IMG/VR virus record: IMGVR_UViG_3300045988_117360
DNA: 41,813 bases
Strand: one strand, 5' to 3'
DNA from: a virus
Every line of letters starts with the position of its first letter. The stretch's first letter is position 1. Positions 1 to 9,753 of this stretch are shown here, piece by piece. Made by a program: the position numbers and the translations under genes. The notes beneath the pieces were generated by a model. That model was not told where the DNA came from. It worked only from the letters and a program-made list of their open reading frames with translations, and made no database searches.

Positions 1-55
1 CTTCACTATCTACTAATGCGTAGACACCTGAGACAGTTTGTTCAGAGGTAAAATC
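1..55. repeat. 55-bp exact direct repeat of the window end (41759..41813); circular-closure overlap
   Basis: CTTCACTATCTACTAATGCGTAGACACCTGAGACAGTTTGTTCAGAGGTAAAATC is present at both ends of the window. An ORF is continuous across the junction once one copy is removed. Confidence 0.95.
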
Positions 56-235
56 GTATTGGTTTAAGTACCATAAGAATCCTGCAACTATTCCAGATAT
101 AGCAACGAGACTAATCGAAATAATAAGTGCGACAACCTTGCAAAGCCTTCTTACTAATAAGTCCTTACGAGTGTTCTCTGCTTTTAATTCCGATAGAAGC
201 TCCGAAGCTAGAAAGTCTTGTGGTTGTTCAGACAT
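1..235 (-). CDS. 5' part (78 codons) of a 99-aa lysis-region membrane protein that wraps around the circular junction (continues at 41758..41694)
   Basis: ATG at 235 preceded by GAGGAG. Translation is MSEQPQDFLASELLSELKAENTRKDLLVRRLCKVVALIISISLVAISGIVAGFLWYLNQYDFTSEQ..., with one clear TM helix. The frame stays open to position 1 and continues in frame at 41758. Confidence 0.6.
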   Translation of the reverse strand, partial: MSEQPQDFLASELLSELKAENTRKDLLVRRLCKVVALIISISLVAISGIVAGFLWYLNQYDFTSEQTVSGVYALVDSE

Positions 236-486
236 ACGTTATTGCACTCCTCTGCTTCAATATTGGTTACGCGTCTATCCAGATCAGATATCTTCTGACT
301 GAGTACATTGACATCGTTTTTACCTACGCTCTCTTCAAGCTTAAAAACGCGTTCGATTACCTTATTATGCTTTTCTACTCTCTTATCTAGGGAGGTAATC
401 CTGCCATATGTTGCACCTAAGCCTATGAGTATACTAGCTATTTGAATTATATCGGAAAGCGAGGCTGAAATGTTTTCAAATACCAT
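208..486 (-). CDS. small membrane/coiled-coil lysis-associated protein (XhlA-like)
   Basis: 92 aa with an N-terminal hydrophobic helix (IIQIASILIGLGATYG) followed by a coiled-coil-like tail. It lies between the holin and the wrap-around membrane ORF. Confidence 0.5.
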   Translation of the reverse strand: MVFENISASLSDIIQIASILIGLGATYGRITSLDKRVEKHNKVIERVFKLEESVGKNDVNVLSQKISDLDRRVTNIEAEECNNVCLNNHKTF

Positions 487-745
487 CTGAATCGTCCTTC
501 TTCTTTTTGGTAGTTTTTATCTTCTCAATACCCTCGGTGACCTCTGTTATGTCCTCCGCAACCATTCCAACGGCTTTAGCGTCAATTCTGCCTTCGGTAA
601 TAACGTATACGATTGTAGGTAGAACTGCTACAACCATACCTGCAATGATACCTACCTCACCGTCTACGCCCATCAGGGTCGTAGCGATACCACTCAGGGT
701 AGCGATAAGAGTTAACCAGAATTTTCGAGATTTAAATTTATGCAT
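476..745 (-). CDS. holin
   Basis: 89 aa with hydrophobic helices (FWLTLIATLSGIATTLMG, IIAGMVVAVLPTIVYVI) and a highly charged C-tail (KTTKKKKDDSD). It sits directly downstream of the endolysin on the same strand. Confidence 0.65.
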   Translation of the reverse strand: MHKFKSRKFWLTLIATLSGIATTLMGVDGEVGIIAGMVVAVLPTIVYVITEGRIDAKAVGMVAEDITEVTEGIEKIKTTKKKKDDSDGI

Positions 746-747
746 GA

Positions 748-1605
748 TTACACCTCCATATAACCAGTTACGTTTTCACTCGCAGGCTTCTTGCCTACAC
801 GAGCTGCTGAATTAGTAATTCGAATTCGGCCATTAATTACATTACCATCATATACATAGTATGTACCGCTTTTATACCCCGCAATCTTCTTGGATGTTGC
901 GGAAATGTATATAGGTGTATTATTTAGAGCGAGAGATTTACCTGCAGCATACGCTTTATTCTCAGGAGTCTGAGGAACATCTGCGCCACTCCATCCGTTA
1001 AGCTGTTTGCGTTTAATGATTTCTGGGTAGTTCTTATATGCAATGTCCATGTCTACTCTGCCAGAAATACCGTCTACTACACCCGAGGATGTGTATTGCC
1101 ACATCCCGTAAGGGCCTATATAGCTCGGCGTCGATGTCCATTGCGCCAGCCAGGTATCATATTTGCTCTTAACCTCGTCGGATACTACATGATCTAACCA
1201 GTTCTTGTTAGTGTAGACACTTACATAGTATCCTGCAGCTTCTACAATGCTGCAGAAGGTCTTAATAATTTCCGAAACGGTATTTTTACCTAAATTGTAC
1301 GTAGCGCTCTCCTCTATATCGAATACAACGGGGTACTCAAACTGTTTACCCTTAATCCACTCTAAGAAGGTCTGAGCCTCTCTCTTTGCGCCGGCGATAT
1401 CCTTAGCGTAGCTGTAATGATACGCTCCTACAGGTATTCCCGCGGCCTTAGCATTTTGATAGTTGTCTTCAAAGGTAACGTCTTTCTGAGAGGATACACT
1501 GCCGTAACCTGCGCGTAGAATAGCGAAGTCTACCCCGCTAGCCTTTACTCTGTTCCAATCAATGTTACCTTGCCATTTCGAAACGTCGATTCCACGAAAT
1601 TCCAT
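748..1605 (-). CDS. endolysin, GH25 muramidase with a C-terminal SH3-like wall-binding region
   Basis: The N-terminus GIDVSKWQGNIDWNRVKASGVDFAILRAGYG is the GH25 lysozyme signature. The protein is 285 aa and adjacent to holin ORFs. Confidence 0.9.
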   Translation of the reverse strand: MEFRGIDVSKWQGNIDWNRVKASGVDFAILRAGYGSVSSQKDVTFEDNYQNAKAAGIPVGAYHYSYAKDIAGAKREAQTFLEWIKGKQFEYPVVFDIEESATYNLGKNTVSEIIKTFCSIVEAAGYYVSVYTNKNWLDHVVSDEVKSKYDTWLAQWTSTPSYIGPYGMWQYTSSGVVDGISGRVDMDIAYKNYPEIIKRKQLNGWSGADVPQTPENKAYAAGKSLALNNTPIYISATSKKIAGYKSGTYYVYDGNVINGRIRITNSAARVGKKPASENVTGYMEV

Positions 1606-1639
1606 AATCTTACTCCTTTATTATTTTATATTTAGAACG

Positions 1640-2056
1640 CTACACAGTACCATTTCCATGAGTATAATGATACTCTATAACTGCTTCTAACGCATTAACA
1701 TTTGCACAAGTTAGTCGCTCCATATTTTCAGGAAACCACGTAATGTCTACACCTGAATTTTCTGGTAGCATGTCTTTTAAACCATTTATAGCCTTCCAGT
1801 AATACCAGCAATCATTTGTAGCTGCAAAAGCTTCTCCGGGTATATTAGTTAAAGGCTGCTCAGGATTAGTGCAATTAATTTGCGTATCTTTTGTAATATC
1901 CGGAAGTACTGTCTCTGGCAGTATCTTAGATAAAGCCTCTTTCCATCTTTGAAAGTCTACCGGGCGCAACGTTCCGCGTAGCAAGGTCTCCTCGTCTGTT
2001 GCCCCTTGCTTTATCTTTTTTACTGCTTCTAGATTTCTATCTGTTATAAAAGTCAT
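1640..2056 (-). CDS. hypothetical protein (tail-fibre-associated position)
   Basis: 138-aa ORF overlapping the upstream tail-fibre ORF by 4 nt. No recognisable motif. Confidence 0.55.
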   Translation of the reverse strand: MTFITDRNLEAVKKIKQGATDEETLLRGTLRPVDFQRWKEALSKILPETVLPDITKDTQINCTNPEQPLTNIPGEAFAATNDCWYYWKAINGLKDMLPENSGVDITWFPENMERLTCANVNALEAVIEYHYTHGNGTV

Positions 2057-4461
2057 ATAGTTCTCCCCTCGAGAGTGCCGCTATAACCGCCGTTAAAGGT
2101 TAGCTCGGACTTAGTTACGATAAAATTATCTAAAGTTTCATGGTCTGTAATTACCTTACGAGTATCTAGAGCGCTCAGAGTTGGATCTCCTAGATAATCT
2201 AGCTTGTATTGTTTTCGATTAGTTACTAGGGACTTGGCAAACTCACCAACCTTATTTAAAACATAGTCTGTAGATATTAAAGGGTTGTCTATCGTAAGTG
2301 TCTCACCGGCATCGTGTGCTGAGTTATCCCAATAGGTGACTATTTCAGAGGTAATGGTTACATCCGTACCAAGAAGCTCAACGTATATTGGTTTTTCCGG
2401 AGTAGCATCTACGAGGAGTTTGAGCCTGAGTTCGTAGTAATACGCGCCTGCAACATTATATAAAATCTCAAACTTGTCGTCCTGCGCGTACACAGCTAAG
2501 TCTCGCTTAGCGTTATCCCAGGATCTAGTTATAGTAACAGTACTATCGCGTGCTCCAATTACCTGTATCGTGTCAAACTCTACGTATCCTGGATAGCCTA
2601 AAACCTCTACATTAAATTGACCGTCGCGCGAGGTATTTGGGTAAGTTACCCTGATGTGTGTATAAGTCAAACCCGTATACACTACCTCGTAGCTAAAAGC
2701 TGTAGAATCTGCTGTATCTGCATTAGTAATTCGAACCTCAGTTGGCCCGTGAGGGTCTACTGTTACGTTTGCGTACTTTATTTCTATATCTCGAGCATCG
2801 CTACCTGCAGGCACTGTTATTTGAGTAGAGTATATTACACCATACAGGTCTTCGTGTGTGTTGCACACCTTATATTTCTTTATATCAATACGATTAATCT
2901 GAGAGTGTAATGTTACTGAGGGCCAGCTAGTAGTAATATCGGGATTTAGTTCGTACGGAACTGGGGAGGTAAGATCTGCAACCTTTACAGCTTTAATGGC
3001 ACCGGTAGTAGAATCTGCATACACTACTGCTCCTAATATTTGTGCAATATATTGATATACCTGTGTTACTGGAGTATCCTTTGGTAACGCTCCTTCGCTG
3101 TAGGTTGCGAAGAGGTTACTTCTCACCTCTATAGGCCAATCGTATGAGTCTATCTGTAACCCAGTACTCCGTAAAGTGTGTGTAATGATAGTTTCCAGAG
3201 TAACAGCTTCCGCAAGCCGGGGTATGTAGTTAAATTTAAAGATGTCTGCATTCGTAGTTAACGAATCTACTCCTTCAATTGTAACTGTTTGTGTATCCGT
3301 GGGCGCGGAGTACTTAGAGGTAGCAAACCTATAAACATCTGTGTAGTAAATATTTCCATCCGAATACGTTAATCCGTACTGTACAAAGATTAATGAGTTT
3401 CCGGGTAAGCTAGATTCTAATAATAAATCTCTATTTATATCTCGGTAATACGATAAGTTACTATTTTCAATAGATATACCTTGAGACGATAACTCATTAG
3501 AATATAGATTTGTACTTGTAGTATGCTTTACATTCAGTACCCCTTTGGGCTTCGTCTCACTATCCTCAGTATAACCAAAATACATTGCAGTCAGTGTTGG
3601 AGGCGTGTAGTTTGCGTGATTCCAGTCTCTCGCAATTATGCGCAGCTCTTGAAATGGGTGCAGATTTATAGCAGTAGGATTCATATGATCCCAGATGTCT
3701 ACAACACTTATAACTTCGGTATTATTTTCAATCTCTTCAGACCAAACCTGCTCAACCTCGGTGGCGGAAGATCGATTGATTCCTTGAAGGGTAAACTTCG
3801 TTGGAAATCCCTGAAAGACTGAATCCCACACAATAGACAGTTTATAGGAGCTAGCCGGTACCTGACATATTTCAGAGTAGATCTCTCCTATAACTGCAAT
3901 ATCCCAGGTAGCTGGCAAAGTGTATCTGCGAGCTACCTCAGATACGTTGTTATTGAATACATTATTTTCGCATACCGAGGCAAGTGTGCCATCAAGTATC
4001 CAGGAACCATTACCTACAGTACTGTTGTAGGATTTTCTAAATATGCTACCGGACATAGATACATTTGATGAGTACATTAACCACTGTCTTTCTACATCAT
4101 CTGGGAATGTGCCTATATCAGGTTGCTCTCCGGAGACAAGTTGATACCTAAAATCTCCGGGCTCTCTAAATACTTTAGATATCTCCGTATTCCAAGCATC
4201 CTCTACAGCGCTCTGCGACCATATAGCAGTAATTGTGCAATTCTCTGCACCTTGTGTATAAACATTTTTAACAATATAGCTCGAAGCGCTACTTAATTGC
4301 CACGATATAAATCTGTATCCCTTACGTATTGGATTTATAAGTTCTATAGAACTTCCCTCTTCTAGACTAACAGTTCTAGTGCCTGAAGTCCAAGGATCGG
4401 TTTTACCGGATAATTTCCAATACCCGCTATCTGGATTCACAGTTAAAGTGTATGTAGCCAT
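2053..4461 (-). CDS. tail tip / receptor-binding tail fibre protein
   Basis: 802-aa ORF, the second gene downstream of the tape measure, rich in Ser/Thr/Asn/Tyr. Its start overlaps the upstream stop (ATGA type). Confidence 0.6.
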   Translation of the reverse strand: MATYTLTVNPDSGYWKLSGKTDPWTSGTRTVSLEEGSSIELINPIRKGYRFISWQLSSASSYIVKNVYTQGAENCTITAIWSQSAVEDAWNTEISKVFREPGDFRYQLVSGEQPDIGTFPDDVERQWLMYSSNVSMSGSIFRKSYNSTVGNGSWILDGTLASVCENNVFNNNVSEVARRYTLPATWDIAVIGEIYSEICQVPASSYKLSIVWDSVFQGFPTKFTLQGINRSSATEVEQVWSEEIENNTEVISVVDIWDHMNPTAINLHPFQELRIIARDWNHANYTPPTLTAMYFGYTEDSETKPKGVLNVKHTTSTNLYSNELSSQGISIENSNLSYYRDINRDLLLESSLPGNSLIFVQYGLTYSDGNIYYTDVYRFATSKYSAPTDTQTVTIEGVDSLTTNADIFKFNYIPRLAEAVTLETIITHTLRSTGLQIDSYDWPIEVRSNLFATYSEGALPKDTPVTQVYQYIAQILGAVVYADSTTGAIKAVKVADLTSPVPYELNPDITTSWPSVTLHSQINRIDIKKYKVCNTHEDLYGVIYSTQITVPAGSDARDIEIKYANVTVDPHGPTEVRITNADTADSTAFSYEVVYTGLTYTHIRVTYPNTSRDGQFNVEVLGYPGYVEFDTIQVIGARDSTVTITRSWDNAKRDLAVYAQDDKFEILYNVAGAYYYELRLKLLVDATPEKPIYVELLGTDVTITSEIVTYWDNSAHDAGETLTIDNPLISTDYVLNKVGEFAKSLVTNRKQYKLDYLGDPTLSALDTRKVITDHETLDNFIVTKSELTFNGGYSGTLEGRTI

Positions 4462-4916
4462 TAATTACTCAACCCCGTATCAACAACATTTGCGGAACAC
4501 TCTGTATAAGCTGTTGGATTGCCGTTATCTAAGATATCAAAAAACTTATAGGAACGATCACCAATATAGAACACTCTAGATATACGTGTATGCTTTACTG
4601 GACTGTAGTAATTCAATACAAATTCAAAGTTTGAATCCCAGAATTCCAGCAGACGTTCCCACTCTTCGACTGTCAGCAAAGACCAAGCTAATTCTGTCTT
4701 GTCCTGATCTCTGCAAATTTTCTGTGCGGTTACAACACCTTTAGTATTTCTAGCGGAGTCTACTAAGGTTGAGATCAACCCCTGACCCGAATCTTTTTCC
4801 GGGTTAGGCAACCATATAAGGTTGCCCCCAGAAATCTTACTTATAGAAAACATGTTAGCAGGTCTTGCACCTTCTATTTTTCGTGTAATTGGATTAAAAC
4901 TATAATACTCAGACAT
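4461..4916 (-). CDS. tail component in the distal-tail-protein position
   Basis: 151-aa ORF immediately after the tape measure gene, translationally coupled on both sides. Confidence 0.5.
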   Translation of the reverse strand: MSEYYSFNPITRKIEGARPANMFSISKISGGNLIWLPNPEKDSGQGLISTLVDSARNTKGVVTAQKICRDQDKTELAWSLLTVEEWERLLEFWDSNFEFVLNYYSPVKHTRISRVFYIGDRSYKFFDILDNGNPTAYTECSANVVDTGLSN

Positions 4917-7557
4917 TTACAACACTTCCTAGCGGGGTTGCACCTACTAGATTTGCTCCGCGTTGTGCAGACTTATACGTAAATGCGTCCCATTCTTTAT
5001 CACCTATAAGCACTTTGACCTCAACCGGCCTGTTTGAAACTCTGCTAGCAAATTTATCTAACATCTCGTTTATCTGCGGGCTATCTCCTAAGGGGATGAC
5101 AGCCTCGTCATACTTACCCTCACCTACCACTGCTCTAGTAGGTCCAGTAGCTACACCGCCGCTAGCCATGAACACCTCGTCAGGAGAGGGTAGCTTAGCA
5201 GTGACAGTCCACGCAGCCGAATCGTTCCCTGTGAACCAGCCTTTAACCTTACCTACTGCTGTGCCTATGCCATTGATGAATCGTTTTATATTCTCCCATA
5301 TACCATTTATTATATGGTACACTACTTTGTAGAGACCCTTTAGAACGTCTACGCCGATTTGCTTGAAAGATTGCCAAGCTCCCTTCCAATCGCCTACAGC
5401 CAGCTTTTTAATTATATCAATAACATCCTTTATAACACGAACCACTGTCTCTATAACTGCACCAACAACTTGAATAGCAAACTTAATAGGTGCAACTATT
5501 GTATCAGTTAACCAGGGTATGATTGGACCTACAACATCCATAATCTTTTGAATAACGATGGCTATTAGTTGTCCTAAGTCTGCTATAATGGCCATCAACG
5601 GTTCGAGAATAGGTAGAATTGTATTATACCAGAGATCTTTTATAATTGGACCTAGTGTATCAAGAACCGGTTTTAGTATTCCTTCCCAGAGAGATTTTAA
5701 GATATCCCCTATAGAAGAGAACAACTCATTAGCCGATTTTCTAAAATCCTCACTAGTAGCATACGCAGCTGCAAACGCCGCAACTATTGCTAGTATAATA
5801 AGTAATGGACCTGATAAACCGGAGAAGGCCGTGCCCATTAGTTTTCCCATCTGCCCTATTGATTGTCCTAAAGCTGTAAATTTGTTAGAACCAGCTAGTA
5901 CGTTCAACTCGTACAGGTCTTTAAAAGCAGAAGCTCCTTGTTTTGGTGTAGGCAACATCTTCATACCCTTACCAATTATAGAAAACTGTTCTGCCAGTTT
6001 TGAACCTTTGATTTTCGAAAGGACATTGACTACAGCGGAGCTTGTCTTATCAAACTCGATGAACTTATTTATAACGCTTCCTATGATCGACGCTACAGTC
6101 TGAAAGCCGAAGAACAGCTCTATAAAGTGAGCTACTCCCTCTTTGTGGTCCTCAATCCAATCAGCTATTCCCTGCAGCTTAGTAGGTAGATCTGTTATCC
6201 ATTGCGCAACATTAGAGTCAGCCTCTTCTCCACCAAGCATACTTATAATAGCATCTTTAATGTCCTTAGCAATTTGCGCAACAACTGCTCCAACAGACGT
6301 CCATACAGCTTTGAAGCCCTCTACGATTCCGGACCAGCTGTCGAAGGTAGCCTGGATAGTCTCGGTCCATTGAGGAAACTTATTTATTAAGTTATTTTCA
6401 AAGGAGGCTTTAACGAACTGCAGTTTTCCATCTACTTCTTCAAACCCGAAAAACTTGAGAATATCGTCCCGTACTTGGTTTGCTTTCATTCTCACATTTT
6501 CGAACTCTACTTGAAGAGACTTCACAGCTTCCTCAATCCGGGGATCCATGGTCATACCCTCTAGGCCGATACCGGAATCGGAGCCCGACGATGCTGTTTT
6601 CTCACTTAAAACATTCAACTCGTCGAAGGGGGCTATAAGATCTTGCATCTTCTTTTTTGTAGTAGATGCAGCATCTCCTAAAGAATTCATTGCACCTGTC
6701 TCGTTTTGAAGAGTACTAACGCTACCACCAAAATCAAGATCAGATATACCTGATAACGCGGTTATGTAATTAAGCATTATGCGTACAGCCATTACAAATC
6801 CGTTAATATAAGGCAAGGTACTTTGCAAAATTGGTATAAAGAAGTTACCAAAGGCTCGAGCAAGCTGGGTTACCTGCTCTTTAAAAATACGTAACTGGTT
6901 TGCCGGAGATTCTATAGTTTTAGCGAAATCTCCCATTACATTAGATGCTTGACGCATCATTGTAATATAACGAAGACCTTCTCTATCTGCTTCAGACATC
7001 GTCTCGACTTGCTGGCCAATTCCCAGAGAAGCTGCGGTTACCTGCAAAGTAGTTGCACGAATATCCATACCGTATCTTGTAACAGCTCGAGACATACCAC
7101 GAAGACCTGAGCTCAAGTTGTCTGTAACGGTTTGAATGTCTACGTTGAATAAAGAGCTGATGTCGTTTGCGGCTTTAGTAAGCTGTAAAGACATTACCTC
7201 AGAGGCTTTCTTCGTAGCATTTACTGCAGAGGTTAACTGATAAAAGTTACCTGCAGACTCCATAATATTCGAAGGATCCATCCCGTAGATTTCAGACATT
7301 GTACCTACAAATTCGTTACCTACGTCTATGGACTCGCCCATTGCAACGTTGAATAAGTTTAAATTCTCAATGTAATTTAAAGATTCTTTTATAGAATTCG
7401 CAAATACGTCTGCAACCTTCAAACCACTAAGCGCCTGGAAGGTTTTCTTAGCCGCCTTCTCGAAGGAGTTTAATAGACCAGAAGCTTCAGATGTGGCTTT
7501 TCGAAGGGAAGATACATCGCCAATATACTCGTATTTTATCTGCTCAGCTCTAGGCAT
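4909..7557 (-). CDS. tail tape measure protein
   Basis: 882 aa, helical with low-complexity and hydrophobic Gly/Ala/Ile segments (LIILAIVAAFAAAYA). It follows the chaperone pair, in the canonical position. Confidence 0.9.
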   Translation of the reverse strand: MPRAEQIKYEYIGDVSSLRKATSEASGLLNSFEKAAKKTFQALSGLKVADVFANSIKESLNYIENLNLFNVAMGESIDVGNEFVGTMSEIYGMDPSNIMESAGNFYQLTSAVNATKKASEVMSLQLTKAANDISSLFNVDIQTVTDNLSSGLRGMSRAVTRYGMDIRATTLQVTAASLGIGQQVETMSEADREGLRYITMMRQASNVMGDFAKTIESPANQLRIFKEQVTQLARAFGNFFIPILQSTLPYINGFVMAVRIMLNYITALSGISDLDFGGSVSTLQNETGAMNSLGDAASTTKKKMQDLIAPFDELNVLSEKTASSGSDSGIGLEGMTMDPRIEEAVKSLQVEFENVRMKANQVRDDILKFFGFEEVDGKLQFVKASFENNLINKFPQWTETIQATFDSWSGIVEGFKAVWTSVGAVVAQIAKDIKDAIISMLGGEEADSNVAQWITDLPTKLQGIADWIEDHKEGVAHFIELFFGFQTVASIIGSVINKFIEFDKTSSAVVNVLSKIKGSKLAEQFSIIGKGMKMLPTPKQGASAFKDLYELNVLAGSNKFTALGQSIGQMGKLMGTAFSGLSGPLLIILAIVAAFAAAYATSEDFRKSANELFSSIGDILKSLWEGILKPVLDTLGPIIKDLWYNTILPILEPLMAIIADLGQLIAIVIQKIMDVVGPIIPWLTDTIVAPIKFAIQVVGAVIETVVRVIKDVIDIIKKLAVGDWKGAWQSFKQIGVDVLKGLYKVVYHIINGIWENIKRFINGIGTAVGKVKGWFTGNDSAAWTVTAKLPSPDEVFMASGGVATGPTRAVVGEGKYDEAVIPLGDSPQINEMLDKFASRVSNRPVEVKVLIGDKEWDAFTYKSAQRGANLVGATPLGSVVNV

Positions 7558-7864
7558 GTAAATCTCTCCCTTCTAACATTTCTAAACGTTTCTGCTCTAA
7601 CTGTAAGTAAGCTTCTACGTCGGGCTCTTGATCACTGTGCGTTTTTGTAGATGACTTTTTCTTCAACATTTCCAGTACTTTCGTAACAGGTTTAGGGTGC
7701 TTCGCATTACTATAGTACGCACTCCAATAACCAATCTCTACAGCTAGTTGCTGTAACTCTACAGTCCTATCACTGTAACCTTGAATAAAGCAATTGAACT
7801 GCTCTAAATCCAAGTCAAGAACTTCTTGAGGCTTTAGGCCACAGTTTCCACCTAGTCGAAACAA
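7550..7864 (-). CDS. tail assembly chaperone, T-part (probably expressed as a -1 frameshift extension of 7894..8235)
   Basis: The ORF-track start is a TTG with no RBS. The same frame stays open upstream to 7903 and is the -1 frame of the preceding chaperone ORF. It overlaps the tape measure start. Confidence 0.6.
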   Translation of the reverse strand: MFRLGGNCGLKPQEVLDLDLEQFNCFIQGYSDRTVELQQLAVEIGYWSAYYSNAKHPKPVTKVLEMLKKKSSTKTHSDQEPDVEAYLQLEQKRLEMLEGRDLHA

Positions 7865-7893
7865 TTCCGACCAGGTCTGAAAATGTGGCTCGG

Positions 7894-8235
7894 TTATTCC
7901 CCCTCAGAGTCGGAACTGTTCTCGTCGAGTTTGATTTCTCTGCCTAAGATACCTTCAAAAATCTGCTTTAAAGTCTTCAACAGCGTTGAAATATTAGCTT
8001 CCGGCGCGTCCAAATACTCAGCTAAAAAGTCTTGCCTATTTGGCATAATACCTTTATCGGTGCCTACTTTAGCGGCTTCGTACAGAATTCCTACCTGCTC
8101 CTCTAAAGTCATATTGTCGATATTCTGGAAAACTTCCATATAGGACTTATGATTGTGCTGCCCCTGCACATTATACGCTACACGCAAATTTGTAGCCAAT
8201 GTGTATTCTTTTCCATTTAAAGTTAAATTAATCAT
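7894..8235 (-). CDS. tail assembly chaperone (G-like)
   Basis: 113 aa, acidic C-terminus, located between the major tail protein and the tape measure. Confidence 0.7.
   Translation of the reverse strand: MINLTLNGKEYTLATNLRVAYNVQGQHNHKSYMEVFQNIDNMTLEEQVGILYEAAKVGTDKGIMPNRQDFLAEYLDAPEANISTLLKTLKQIFEGILGREIKLDENSSDSEGE
7897..7905 (-). promoter_or_regulatory. candidate -1 programmed frameshift site (GAG GGG GAA followed by TAA)
   Basis: On the minus strand the last codons of 7894..8235 are GAG GGG GAA TAA. The run of five G lets a Gly-tRNA re-pair one nt back, giving GGG GGA ATA ACC... in the frame of 7550..7864. Confidence 0.45.
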
Positions 8236-8249
8236 TATAACATCCTCCG

Positions 8250-8663
8250 TTACGCTTTAAGACTTAATACAACTGCACCCGATCCCGCTAAATCCGCTGT
8301 TAAGCTGATTTTATCATCAGGAGCTGCAGATATATCAAAACTTGAGGCGTAGCCGGTGCCTTCAAAATAGGTCTCTGTGTCTAAATAGATTCCTATAGTG
8401 AGAGGTGCGCCACTCTCGAAAGCGTCGTACAACTGTTTCTGGGTACCGTCGGCGGCTAATGCAACAGTACCGTCTAAAGACAAAGACCAGTCTTTAATTG
8501 CAGGAACCTTTTCTTTATACGTCATACCAAACGCTAAGATCTCAATGATATCTTTTTCAAGGGTAAGGTCAGCACCTGAAATATAAGCTAAGACCTTTGA
8601 CGTTTCTTTAGGACCTATTTTTACTGATGCGGTTAAACCTGTAAAGGGAGTCTCTGCTGCCAT
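8250..8663 (-). CDS. major tail protein
   Basis: 137-aa ORF directly upstream of the chaperone pair, with a good RBS. Size and position are typical of small siphovirus tail tube proteins. Confidence 0.7.
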   Translation of the reverse strand: MAAETPFTGLTASVKIGPKETSKVLAYISGADLTLEKDIIEILAFGMTYKEKVPAIKDWSLSLDGTVALAADGTQKQLYDAFESGAPLTIGIYLDTETYFEGTGYASSFDISAAPDDKISLTADLAGSGAVVLSLKA

Positions 8664-8666
8664 AAA

Positions 8667-9041
8667 TTATTCCTCCTTTATTATTGCTGTAAATGTTAAT
8701 TGAAATTCGTGCATTTTCTGCTCGGACCTACCTAGGTATAAAATCGAGCCAACTAGAGTTAATGCTTGCAAGTTTTTATCTGTATATCCATCTAAAATAT
8801 CTTTCACCGCTTGCGCAGAGGTTGCACCTACCGTATAGTCTCTTACTCGAATAAGAATCTGATACATAGGTTCGTACATATTCGGAATCTCTCCAAAGTA
8901 TATCGAGTTAGGATTGCCTTCTAGCATTTTTACAGCAATCCCTTCCTCTGCAAGAGAAGGAACATCTCCAACAAACACTGCGAGTTTGACTCTTCTTAGA
9001 ATAAGCTTTCGGATATACTCAGGAATGACTGATAACTTCAT
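8667..9041 (-). CDS. tail completion / tail terminator protein
   Basis: 124 aa. Called from its position between the HK97-gp10-like protein and the major tail protein. Confidence 0.5.
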   Translation of the reverse strand: MKLSVIPEYIRKLILRRVKLAVFVGDVPSLAEEGIAVKMLEGNPNSIYFGEIPNMYEPMYQILIRVRDYTVGATSAQAVKDILDGYTDKNLQALTLVGSILYLGRSEQKMHEFQLTFTAIIKEE

Positions 9042-9436
9042 TGCTTGTGCTTTAGCCTCCTCGATATCTTATACTTAATGCGTCGTACTCCTCTATTAAA
9101 GGGATCACGAATGTAGAAAGCAGACCCCTTAACGGGATGGACGAAAGTGGTATTTTCATGCTGTATTCCCGCGTAATTATATCCGTTAGAGGCTTTTGCA
9201 CTGGCGCCGGTAATAAGCCCAGGCCGCCTCTTGTCTCGGGAAACCTTGCAATATACAGAAGCTTCTAGCTTACCACTTCTATACGGTGTGTGCGCAACTT
9301 CATCAGCGTATATTCTAGAGGCCTCTTCCTCTAAAACGTCTAAGGGTACGGTGTCAATAGCCTTTAAAAATTTAGTTAAATTTTTTCTAGCGTTTTGAAC
9401 GCTCTTTGTGGTTGTTGCGGTAAATCCAGAACTCAC
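9038..9436 (-). CDS. HK97 gp10-family head-tail joining protein
   Basis: 132 aa. The pattern ...EEASRIYADEVAHTPYRSGKLEASV..., its size and its position fit the HK97 gp10 family. Confidence 0.65.
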   Translation of the reverse strand: MSSGFTATTTKSVQNARKNLTKFLKAIDTVPLDVLEEEASRIYADEVAHTPYRSGKLEASVYCKVSRDKRRPGLITGASAKASNGYNYAGIQHENTTFVHPVKGSAFYIRDPFNRGVRRIKYKISRRLKHKQ

Positions 9437-9753
9437 ACCATCACCTCGTAACCTTCACACAATCCTTGTGCGTTAATATACTCTTGGACAGTTAAGACCG
9501 GCTTACCCTCTAGCTTATCACCTATAGTTACAGGAGTAGTGTTGTCGAGATAAAACGTAGTGGCGCTCTTTTTCGCCGCTCCTACTGACGTTATTACATC
9601 CTGTGTGGAGATCTCTTTGCGACACTTAATCACTGTAACACGCGACTGGTACAGCGGCTCGCCATACTCATTAAGTTGCGGCTCTCCTTTTGAAGTTCTC
9701 TGCATTAACTGCAACGTAGTCTGCTGTTTTAGGAACTTTGTCATACGACTCAT
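9433..9753 (-). CDS. head closure / head-tail adaptor protein
   Basis: 106 aa, translationally coupled within the connector cluster. Confidence 0.55.
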   Translation of the reverse strand: MSRMTKFLKQQTTLQLMQRTSKGEPQLNEYGEPLYQSRVTVIKCRKEISTQDVITSVGAAKKSATTFYLDNTTPVTIGDKLEGKPVLTVQEYINAQGLCEGYEVMV

